The notes under the pieces are model-generated. The model had not been told where the DNA came from. It was given only the letters and a program-made list of their open reading frames with translations, and ran no database searches. The position numbers were made by a program, and so were the translations under genes. From Candidatus Multivoradales bacterium (GTDB lineage Bacteria; Acidobacteriota; Thermoanaerobaculia; Multivoradales; JAHEKO01): 64,000 nt of DNA. This document shows positions 56,901 to 64,000 of this stretch, one piece after another (positions within the stretch are counted from its first letter, which is position 1; every line of letters begins with the position of its first letter). The stretch spans positions 704,001 through 768,000 of the forward strand of contig CBDCVR010000014.1 in assembly GCA_965223155.1 (NCBI GenBank), in the 5' to 3' direction.

Positions 56901-57301
56901 GCCAGATACTTCGAGTCCGGAGACCATTGGAATCTGTAGCCTCCAGGCATTTCAAACAGCTGCATCCCGGAATCAGAATCCAGCACGCGGAGAAAAACGT
57001 AGCCCTCGACAAATGCGATGAACCGACCGTTAGGAGAGATTGAGGAATCTGCGATCCAGTTCCCTGCACCTTGCCAAAAGACCTCTGGCGGTTGCCCGAG
57101 CTGTTGGATGTAGAGGACATTCTCGCCGAAGGTCGTACCTTCAACAACGAGTTGGTGAAGTAGCTCAGCCGAGGTAACAACCCCGAAGCCGGCCAGCGAA
57201 CTCCAGTCCGAAGGCCTGGCGGCCATCGGAGTTCCGAAAACAAGGATAAGAACTGCTACAACCCGGATGCCCTGATCACGCAGTGACTTCACTGGTCGCA
57301 T
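53933..57301 (-). CDS. Cassette 3 gene B3: signal peptide + beta-propeller variant + NBR1-like Ig + 4 Ig domains + conserved C-terminus
   Basis: ISPNGRFIAF, WSPDSKYLA. N-terminus homologous to B1 but diverged; near-identical from ERTVLCNG onward. Start is ATG 57301 or GTG 57292 (GTGA overlap with A3). Confidence 0.8.
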   Translation of the reverse strand: MRPVKSLRDQGIRVVAVLILVFGTPMAARPSDWSSLAGFGVVTSAELLHQLVVEGTTFGENVLYIQQLGQPPEVFWQGAGNWIADSSISPNGRFIAFVEGYVFLRVLDSDSGMQLFEMPGGYRFQWSPDSKYLAILLGEDAESDRFMNRQTAVVATDGWVVESVLEGGIEVHWEPEGSLVVRYDDPQFEDEMRLEREANAVWSPSADQSPYLDRLSPGGTHYVQGGASGLYGIFERATGENLVETLSVFDEGRLYPEWSDESWWWIDDSKIAVRGSLSAYRDVTYIIDLAADRAVLERAFLFWAGEGDVILATNAILNSHSAEALLSASQETGDRDSARLSAGPIPAVLECSTTYDFVASFLNDGTSTWTVEDGYELRAVVHGAMHDPILLEADLSTLGPVSPGETLNLSVSYTTPAAPAKVAIRADAVFGQNLFAELEGIERTVLCNGAAPPADNEHAPVLTYQPVDQTVLAGQSVSLTCDYYSDHPAYVCWWRDSVSLCDEGIPGAETPVLTIDSVSSGDAGAYSCKVSNEFGEAISAPAELTVAVRPHLTEGPAPQAVSEGSSVSLSCLAAGTEPLAYSWHKDGQAIVDGGRVTGASTQALTISNAVGSDSGQYSCRVANDWGEAISAQALVSVGSAPIVTTSPASVSTLVGTSATFSCSASGSEPLAYQWLRNGVELVDGARVTGSATPSVTVSSLVASDAGGYSCRVANGFGEVTSVSASLVIGNPPQVTSQPAPATAIAGGEASFSCAATGDGTLSYQWQKDGADLADDASIEGAATAQVTIRNVDASSAGTYRCLASSDYGQALSDPAALDFESWRAYPVETLSSNWISSEPVHDQLDDPTTVVTSRMTAGTSLSDALTVRMAPMSDPDTDLGHEIHVRARALDNAPVTLRVHLMRGSTSLTYQNLEFGFEESVAVVAIPPEAATNLEDYGDVQIKVVKFHEISGNNSDRRAELVEVEFRVPEVSAPVQRVAAVGTTATNSFSPTPVHEQVDDLTNVVTSSVSAGTSDSFTLAMASMTDPGTDEGHVLRVRGRALDNEPVRIRIMLLQGGTTLKYWGRDLDFEESTVRVAIPASVASGLTDYSDVRVRIVKFNELWNESNRRAEINWIELEAPLP

Positions 57302-60300
57302 CTCAGCTCCAGTGCGGTTTGAGGTTGTTTGAAACGGATGTGCAGATGGTTGTGGTGGTCGCCGACGTAGCTGAACTTGCTTGCCAGGTCCTTGCATCTC
57401 TTTTTGAGCTTGCTTCGCTCGTCACTGAGTATCGTCAAGATGCGGTCGCCGGTTCCGCTCGAACTGCCGTTCAGCAGCTTCAAGAAGTTGCAGGTCACTG
57501 CAGGTTCAAAAGTCGCATCGTCGTTACTGGTGCCTCGGAACTCAAACGGGCCATCATCCCAGTTGTGAAAGTAGCGCATATCTAGATCAAGTCCGTTTTC
57601 GTGGGTGGCGTGGTCCGGGGTATCTCCGCCCCGTTGCAAACTGAGGTCGTTGAACATGGGTTGGATCTCCTCGCCTTGCCAATTGGGGTTTCTTCCAACC
57701 GTGGGATTGTGGAATTGCTGCGCCGCAGCCCTGAGCCACGAGATGACGGACCAGTCGCAGCTGTAGTCGTGTGCTTGCCATCCGCCATAGCGACCAAAGT
57801 GCTCACTGGTGCCTAGTGCCGAAGAATTCACAAGGCATCCTGGCTCGCGTTTGCCGCCGATCGTGCCGTAGCCTCCAATGTGATGGCATGCCGTGCACGA
57901 GCCGCTCACGTGGGGGCCGGGGTCCACTCCTGTATCGAAGGGTGAGAATCCGGTGCCGGAGGCGCTGGCGAAAAGCCGCGTTTCGGTACTTCCGCCGGCA
58001 CAGCCACATCTTTGGGGCAACTGCACCTGGACCGTGCGGCGTCCGGTACGCGGGGGCCACTCGGGATCGCCCTCGATGACGGTTACGTCGACAACCCGGA
58101 CGCATTCGTCCTCGGTCCCAACCGACAAGGCATTCAGCTCGCCACTGGGCTCGGTTTCGTTTTCAAACGTTGGCCCTTCGAAGCCATAGCACCAGAGACC
58201 CGAAATCGACCAGCCTCTTACTAGCGGTATCGTTCCCCGGGTTTCGTAGTTGGCGCAGATCTCGAGATCGATCGCAAACTCGAAGACATTGTCACTGTTG
58301 AACGGATCGATTAGAACGCAGCCTACGAGAGACCCTTCGATCTCGAGTCGTGCAATGACGTGAAGTACATTGAGTTCGAGGAACTTCTCGGCCCCGGGTA
58401 GCAGACTGACGACTTCCGACGGCGCCATGTCCGCAAGCGACTCCAGGTCCTTCCATAGAGTCTGGGACTCGTCAAAGTCCAAGATGTTGTATCGGTAGTT
58501 CTTGGAGTAGCAGCCACTCAAGATACTTCCGGTAGGGAGCGTGACGTCCGGCTGGAGCAATGTCTCCGTAGGTCTTGGGGCCTGAAGCCGAACGCCTGTG
58601 CCGCCGATGAGCGTCTCGGCGACCGATGCCGTTGCCGTACTGCCACCTACCGTCAGCGGCAGCCGAACGCTGCCTTCGGAAGTGGTCACAACCAGTTCGG
58701 AGGCTCCCAAAGATGCTCCGTGGGTAACAGCAAGCGTTGCAAGGACCCCGTTCGGAGCGGTTCTGACGCTGTGAAACCGAAGGCCGCTCCCGCTCACCGA
58801 AAGCGTTGCACCCGAGAGATTCGCGCCGGCGATCTGAAGGAGGTACTGTCGGCCGCGCGCCACTTCACTGGGCGTGTACGAGTCAACCACAGGTCCCTTT
58901 GGAAGGATTCTCACGAGAGCGAAGTCGATACCTCCGTCGGTTGCGATAGCGAGGGCCTTGAAGCCGACGTCTGCGGACCGTGCGTCGATATCTAAGGTCA
59001 GCTGACTCGCAGAAGAAGAAACCGACGCCACCGAGGGCAGCCCTTTGTTGGCACCACCCGGGAGCCCGAACGAGACATCGGCACCTTGGAGATTTCCACC
59101 GGACAGGGTCGTCCGGGTAACCGCACCTTGGGGCACGACGATCAAAGCATCTGTCAGAGTTGGTGATCCGGCAGTCGGATTCGTGACTTGGATTGCGGAA
59201 GCGTCGAGCTCGCCAAAGCGGGTCCCGCTCGTAGTTTCCATTTGCCAACGGACAGAGTAGTAGCCAGGGACCGCTGAGCCGGGGATCGTGACCTCGAAGA
59301 CGAACGAGTGCGAGCCAGATTCGTCGATCTGTGCACCTGCCGGCAGCTCCACGCTCGCCGGAAAAAAGTCGAGGTCGGTGTCGACGGCCAGCCGATGGGT
59401 GCCGGCCTGCCAAGTCGAGGTACCGTTGTTGGCAACACTTACCGAGATCGTGTGGGTCGAACCGAGTGCCATCGGAGACGGAACGTTGGCCGAGACGATG
59501 TCGGCGTCGTTGGCCCCCGTCTGGCAGGCCACCTCGATGGGATGAGAGACGACGCCACCAAACCAGCCAACCCCCTCGTTGACCATCTGCCATTCCGTTA
59601 CATAGCTGCCAGGCTGCGCCGGTGCGGTCAGGGACACCGAGAACGAATGCTGGGATTGCGGGGCGATCGAGGCGCTTGTGGGCAGCTGAACCCGAGTCGC
59701 ATCGGCCCGGAACGGGTCGCTTCCTCCCGTCGGGCCTAGTTTGTAGCCGTCCGCCCGTGTCCAGACCGTGTCGCCCGTGTTCTTCATCGTGACGGCATAG
59801 GTCCCCACTTCGCCACAGGCCATCTGCGACGGCAAGTTGTGACCAACAGCCTGGGCAGCGTCTTGACAGGTCACGGTGATGGTCTTCGAGACCTTCTCGC
59901 CGAACCACTGCCCGTTCTCGACCATCTGCCACTCAGTGGTGAGAGTCGTTGCCGTCTCGGGCGCTACCAGCGAGACGTCGAAGGTGTGGGAGTCGTTCTC
60001 TTCGATCGCGAGGCTCGCCGGCAGGTGGACCCGGGCGCCGCTCGGGTTGAAGGGATCGGTATCCCCGGGAACCCCCAGTTGATGACCGCCGGCAGCGGTC
60101 CAGGGCTTCGAGCCGCCGTTGCGAAGCGTTATCTCACGAACCAGGGTCGAGCCGCAGGTCATGGAATCGGGCAGGGTGTCCGAGACCCGGGTGGCAGCGT
60201 TGACGCAATCAACGTCGATCCTGGCAGTCACGAGCGGGCCAAAAGGCTCGCCGTTGTGCTCCATCTGCCAGAGGGTCATGACGTCGTTCTGGTGGGTGTC

Positions 60301-61053
60301 GCTCGGGGCCTGGAGGGGAACCTTGAAAGGGTACTGGCCTCCGCCGCGACCGACCGTGACATTGCTCGGCAAGCGCACCGGAGCGCCGGACGGGTTGAAC
60401 GCGTCGCTCGTGCCCACGTTGGCGAGATAGAACCCAGCCGCGTCGGTCCAGTCGGTCGAGCCCATGTTCTGGAGCGTCACCGTGGCTTCGTCTTCCGAAG
60501 AGCAGTTCATCGCCGCCGGGAACACCTCGGCGGCGAGGACCGCGTGATCCCCACAGACGACGTTGATGTCCTTGAAGACGATCGAACCGAACCATTCGAC
60601 CCCCTGCTCGGCCATCTGCCACTCCGTGCGCACGACGCCGTGGACGTCCGGGGCGGTCAACTCGACGGTGAACGTGTGCCGCTGTCCCGGAGCGATGGTC
60701 GTGCCTACGGGGAGCCGGACCTTGTTGCCGTTCGGCCGAAACGGATCGTCGTTGTCCGTGACCCCGAGCCGGTGCCCGTTCGTACCGTCCTCGGTCCAGT
60801 CGCCCGTACCGACGTTCTCGAGCCGAATCGTGAACGACTCGGTGTCGCCGCAGTACATCGCGTCCGGCAGGTTCTGCGAGACGACAAGAGCATCATTGAC
60901 GTCGGCGCCGACCGGCGGATCCTCTGGCCCCGGGTCGGGCTCCTGGGCGGTGGCGACCGCGGCTGCCGCGAGCACGGCTGCGCAGGCTCGCCCGATTCTT
61001 CGGTATCGGCGGGAGGGGCTAGCCTTCTGTCGTCCCATCCCAACCCACTCCAT
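57289..61053 (-). CDS. Cassette 3 gene A3: secreted NBR1-like Ig-repeat protein with a second MepA-like C-terminal variant
   Basis: Near-identical to A1 up to SGSCTACHHIG, then diverged but retaining DLS...GG, HATHENGLDLDMR and HHNHLH. Confidence 0.8.
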   Translation of the reverse strand: MEWVGMGRQKASPSRRYRRIGRACAAVLAAAAVATAQEPDPGPEDPPVGADVNDALVVSQNLPDAMYCGDTESFTIRLENVGTGDWTEDGTNGHRLGVTDNDDPFRPNGNKVRLPVGTTIAPGQRHTFTVELTAPDVHGVVRTEWQMAEQGVEWFGSIVFKDINVVCGDHAVLAAEVFPAAMNCSSEDEATVTLQNMGSTDWTDAAGFYLANVGTSDAFNPSGAPVRLPSNVTVGRGGGQYPFKVPLQAPSDTHQNDVMTLWQMEHNGEPFGPLVTARIDVDCVNAATRVSDTLPDSMTCGSTLVREITLRNGGSKPWTAAGGHQLGVPGDTDPFNPSGARVHLPASLAIEENDSHTFDVSLVAPETATTLTTEWQMVENGQWFGEKVSKTITVTCQDAAQAVGHNLPSQMACGEVGTYAVTMKNTGDTVWTRADGYKLGPTGGSDPFRADATRVQLPTSASIAPQSQHSFSVSLTAPAQPGSYVTEWQMVNEGVGWFGGVVSHPIEVACQTGANDADIVSANVPSPMALGSTHTISVSVANNGTSTWQAGTHRLAVDTDLDFFPASVELPAGAQIDESGSHSFVFEVTIPGSAVPGYYSVRWQMETTSGTRFGELDASAIQVTNPTAGSPTLTDALIVVPQGAVTRTTLSGGNLQGADVSFGLPGGANKGLPSVASVSSSASQLTLDIDARSADVGFKALAIATDGGIDFALVRILPKGPVVDSYTPSEVARGRQYLLQIAGANLSGATLSVSGSGLRFHSVRTAPNGVLATLAVTHGASLGASELVVTTSEGSVRLPLTVGGSTATASVAETLIGGTGVRLQAPRPTETLLQPDVTLPTGSILSGCYSKNYRYNILDFDESQTLWKDLESLADMAPSEVVSLLPGAEKFLELNVLHVIARLEIEGSLVGCVLIDPFNSDNVFEFAIDLEICANYETRGTIPLVRGWSISGLWCYGFEGPTFENETEPSGELNALSVGTEDECVRVVDVTVIEGDPEWPPRTGRRTVQVQLPQRCGCAGGSTETRLFASASGTGFSPFDTGVDPGPHVSGSCTACHHIGGYGTIGGKREPGCLVNSSALGTSEHFGRYGGWQAHDYSCDWSVISWLRAAAQQFHNPTVGRNPNWQGEEIQPMFNDLSLQRGGDTPDHATHENGLDLDMRYFHNWDDGPFEFRGTSNDDATFEPAVTCNFLKLLNGSSSGTGDRILTILSDERSKLKKRCKDLASKFSYVGDHHNHLHIRFKQPQTALELRCDQ

Positions 61054-61168
61054 CGTTGGTCACGGGCTGGAATGCGTTGGCGGACGACGACTCGCGGCTC
61101 AGAAAGCCCTGAGAGCGACGGGCTCGCGCCGCCGGAGAACCGACACAACCATTACCAACCACGCGGTC

Positions 61169-61197
61169 AGGGTAGTGGAAAACGTTGCGACTTGCAA
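61169..61197 (-). promoter_or_regulatory. Putative sigma70 promoter, cassette 3
   Basis: TTGCAA-N17-TACCCT. Confidence 0.55.
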
Positions 61198-61267
61198 GTC
61201 AATCGATAATCTGGGTCTAGACTCGAGCCTCGTCTTCCTGGCGATCCGTGCCTGCTCTTCTCACCGG

Positions 61268-62968
61268 CTAGCTACCCGGCTCTAGAGCCACCGCCGCCGC
61301 CACGGCCAAGGACGTGACGATCCGGAGCCGGCGATCGAGCGGCGGCGCCACCAGCGTGAGCCGCTCGCCGCCGGGCCAGATCACGGTCAGCCGATCGGCC
61401 GAGTCGCGCTCGGCTGGTCCGACCCCGAAGATCGTGGTGGCGGGATTCTGGGAATGGAACGAGGAGGCCGTGCGCATCTCGCGGAGCTGGCGCCGGCCGG
61501 CCGCTTCGAGCTCCAAGCGCGCGCCGATCCCTAGCGGGTTGCCGCCAGGCGCCGCTAGACCGACCTGGAGCCACCGGTGGCCAGACGAGGTGACGTTCTC
61601 GTAGACCTCGGCCAGGTCGTTGGAGTTCGAGATCACGAGATCGGCGTCGCCGTCGCCGTCCAGATCGCCGCTCGCCAAGCCGCGGCTGACTCGCACCTCC
61701 GACAGGCCCGCCTCCGGCTCGACCCGGAAGCGGCCGCTTCCTTGGTTGACGTAGATCTGGTTGGCCTGCCGGTAGCTGCTATGCGCTTGGTGGACCTCGG
61801 CGTTGTCCAGGATGTGGCCGTTGGCGATGGCGAGATCCAGATCACCGTCCAGGTCGAAGTCCTCCAGATCGGCCCCGAAGGCCAGCTTCATGAGCGAGGC
61901 CTCGGCCACGTTCGACGCGTACCGGTTGTCCAGGAACAAGTCGCCGCCGGCGTTCTTGTACAGGGCGTTGGTCTCGAGCTCGTAGTTCGTGACCGCGATG
62001 TCGAGCCAACCGTCGCCGTCCACGTCGCCCAGATCGACGCCCATCCCGGCCTCGGGCCGTCCGCTATCGCCATAGGCCGTTCCGGACAGCAGCGAGACGT
62101 CCTCGAAGGTGCCGTCCCCCCGGTTCAGAAAGAGGTAGTTCGAGACCGAGTCGTTGGCAACGTAGAGATCCGGCCAGCCATCGTTGGTGACGTCGCCGAA
62201 GACGACGCCCAGCCCGGCGCGCGGCTTGTCGGTCACGAGACCGGCGGTTTCGAGCGCGCGCTCGAAGCGGCCGTCGCCCAGGTTGCGGAAAAAGACGTCG
62301 GTCTGGCCATCGAAGCTCGCCGGCGCACAGTAGCCGGGAATGCCGTTGGTGTTGCACTCCTTGTGGCCCGCGATCGTGAACTCGACGTAGTTGGCGACGT
62401 AGAGATCCAGATCGCCGTCGCGGTCGGTGTCGGCAAACCCTGCCGAGGTACCCCAGCCGGCATCGGCGGTCCCGGTCTCGGCGGTCGCTTTGATGAAGGT
62501 GCCATCGCCCTGGTTGCGCCACATGACGTTCTCACCCCAGGCGGTCAGGTAGAGATCGGTGTCGCCGTCTCCGTCGATGTCCGCGGCCGATCCGCCCGTG
62601 CCGTAGGCGGGCGTCTCAAGACCCGCCCGCTCGGTCACGTCCACGAAGCGGCCGCCGCCGTCGTTGCGGTAGAGCGCCGTTCGGGCCGGCTCGCCTTCGT
62701 AGCCGGGCAGCGCGCCGGCGTCGGTGAAGAGCACATCCGGATCGCCATCGCCGTCGTAGTCGAAAAGCAGCACGCCCCCGCCCAGGGTCTCGAGGAAGTA
62801 GCGCCGGCCGGAGCCGCCGTGATGGTGGCGAAAGACCAAGCCCCAGGCTTCGGACGTCTCACGGAACCGCGGGCCGGCCGGAGCGCCGTCGGCGCGAGCA
62901 GCACCGGCGCCGGGAGCGCTCGCAAGCGCGAACGCGGCCGCCAAGGTCCAGATCCGGAAGCGTCTCAT
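61268..62968 (-). CDS. CRTAC1-family FG-GAP/ASPIC-UnbV protein
   Basis: Signal peptide, FRHHHGGSG, DxDxDGD repeats, EAGMG, SRGL, GIGARL. Confidence 0.9.
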   Translation of the reverse strand: MRRFRIWTLAAAFALASAPGAGAARADGAPAGPRFRETSEAWGLVFRHHHGGSGRRYFLETLGGGVLLFDYDGDGDPDVLFTDAGALPGYEGEPARTALYRNDGGGRFVDVTERAGLETPAYGTGGSAADIDGDGDTDLYLTAWGENVMWRNQGDGTFIKATAETGTADAGWGTSAGFADTDRDGDLDLYVANYVEFTIAGHKECNTNGIPGYCAPASFDGQTDVFFRNLGDGRFERALETAGLVTDKPRAGLGVVFGDVTNDGWPDLYVANDSVSNYLFLNRGDGTFEDVSLLSGTAYGDSGRPEAGMGVDLGDVDGDGWLDIAVTNYELETNALYKNAGGDLFLDNRYASNVAEASLMKLAFGADLEDFDLDGDLDLAIANGHILDNAEVHQAHSSYRQANQIYVNQGSGRFRVEPEAGLSEVRVSRGLASGDLDGDGDADLVISNSNDLAEVYENVTSSGHRWLQVGLAAPGGNPLGIGARLELEAAGRRQLREMRTASSFHSQNPATTIFGVGPAERDSADRLTVIWPGGERLTLVAPPLDRRLRIVTSLAVAAAVALEPGS

Positions 62969-64000
62969 TCGTAGATGGTAATCCGTCGCTCGCCGGGCAG
63001 GTCGAGCAGCTCTTGCCGGCGGCCCGACGGCCAGGAAACGCGAACGCGTTCGGTTCGTTGGTGCTCGCCCAGGCCCAGGTGGGCGGTGAGCTCGTCCTGG
63101 GACAGGTACGAGCCGGAGGTTCGGACCTCGCGTACCAGGCGGCCGGAGCCGGTCCAGGCCTCGACGCGGGCGCCGACTCCGAAGCGGTCGGACGAGCGCC
63201 CGCGCAGCTCGATCCGCAGCTCCCGGCCGAGCCCGGTCGAGACGTTCTCGTAGACCTCGGCCGGCTCGTCGGAATTGGAGACCACCAGATCCAGATCGCC
63301 GTCGCCGTCCAGATCCCCCAGCGCCTGCCCGCGGCTCGAGCGCACGACGTCGAGCCCGGCCCTATCGGCCTCGATCATCTTGCCGGAACCGTCGTTTTCA
63401 AACACCTGGTTCGCCTGCCGGAAGGTCGTACCGCGATCCCAGGCGTCGATGTTGTGAATGATGTGGCCGTTGGCTACCGCCAGATCCAGGTCGCCATCGT
63501 GGTCCAGGTCGGCCAAGGTGACGCCGAACCCGACCTTGGCGAAGGAGGGGGTCTCGACGCCGGTCATCCGTCGCCGGTCTACGTAGAACCCGCCTTCGCG
63601 GCGCGAATAGACGGCATTGCTCTGCCGATCCAGATGGGTGACGACCAGCTCCGGTCCGCCATCCCCATCCATGTCGCCGATAGCGATCCCCATCCCGGCT
63701 TCGGGCTGGCCCCGATCGCCGTAGGCCACTCCCGCCGCCAGTCCCTCCTCGGCTGGCCCGTCGGCCAGGCTGCCTCCCGGAGCCGGCGCCCGCAGCAGGT
63801 GGTTGGGCGTCATGTCATTGGCGACGTAGATTTCGGGCCGGCCGTCGCCCTCCTCGTCCAGAAAGGCCACGCCGAGACCCTTGCCCGGAGCACGGATCAC
63901 CTCGTCCGGCAGGGCGATGGGCACAAAGCGGCCGTCGACATTCTCGAAGAGCGCGTCCGCGACGCCGTCGTAGGCGTCCGGATGGCAGTACGAGCGCAAC
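62965..64000 (-). CDS. CRTAC1-family protein, 3' part (starts beyond the window)
   Basis: GKGLGV, YVAND, EAGMG, GSYLSQ..AHLGLG; ATGA overlap with the next gene. Confidence 0.88.
   Translation of the reverse strand, partial: LRSYCHPDAYDGVADALFENVDGRFVPIALPDEVIRAPGKGLGVAFLDEEGDGRPEIYVANDMTPNHLLRAPAPGGSLADGPAEEGLAAGVAYGDRGQPEAGMGIAIGDMDGDGGPELVVTHLDRQSNAVYSRREGGFYVDRRRMTGVETPSFAKVGFGVTLADLDHDGDLDLAVANGHIIHNIDAWDRGTTFRQANQVFENDGSGKMIEADRAGLDVVRSSRGQALGDLDGDGDLDLVVSNSDEPAEVYENVSTGLGRELRIELRGRSSDRFGVGARVEAWTGSGRLVREVRTSGSYLSQDELTAHLGLGEHQRTERVRVSWPSGRRQELLDLPGERRITIYE

Larger units (their letters stand above)
36775..61203. repeat. Tandem triplication of a ~8-8.3 kb unit [TPR 3' half + gene B + gene A + promoter]
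   Basis: Gene A starts at 44752, 52766 and 61053; TPR/gene B stops at 37671, 45922 and 53936. Confidence 0.93.

Noticed and set aside
1-64000. CRISPR array, IS/transposase, prophage, retron/DGR, rRNA
   Set aside because: No short repeat-spacer array, transposase, recombinase, reverse transcriptase, phage structural gene or rRNA was recognised. The cassette variation is domain replacement, not adenine-specific mutagenesis.

Overview
High-GC bacterial DNA. The gene content (Acidobacteria-type VWA proteins, an Oar-type TonB receptor, sulfatase-TPR fusions, many CRTAC1/ASPIC-UnbV FG-GAP proteins) suggests Acidobacteriota; this is an inference. 1-3 kb holds thrS and two tRNA-Val genes. 3-37.7 kb and 61.3-64 kb form a cell-envelope neighbourhood: six CRTAC1-like proteins, TPR proteins, two Thr-type sulfatase-like/TPR proteins, two VWA proteins, DUF3179, a GT-C/TPR protein and an SGNH hydrolase. 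The main candidate novel system lies at 37.7-61.2 kb: three tandem ~8-kb cassettes, each with its own promoter and two translationally coupled secreted genes. Gene A is a constant NBR1-like Ig stalk ending in a variable C-terminal domain (two MepA-like peptidoglycan peptidase variants, one DUF3238-like). Gene B has a co-varying N-terminal domain (beta-propeller or HEAT) on a constant Ig stalk. Cassettes are separated by copies of the 3' half of a flanking TPR gene. This looks like a polymorphic toxin/immunity or self-recognition system with no recognisable RHS, CDI, LXG or T6SS delivery domain. A second candidate is a tandemly duplicated ~480-nt, probably structured non-coding element at 20.3-21.4 kb. 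All domain calls are from motif recognition by eye; no searches were run.
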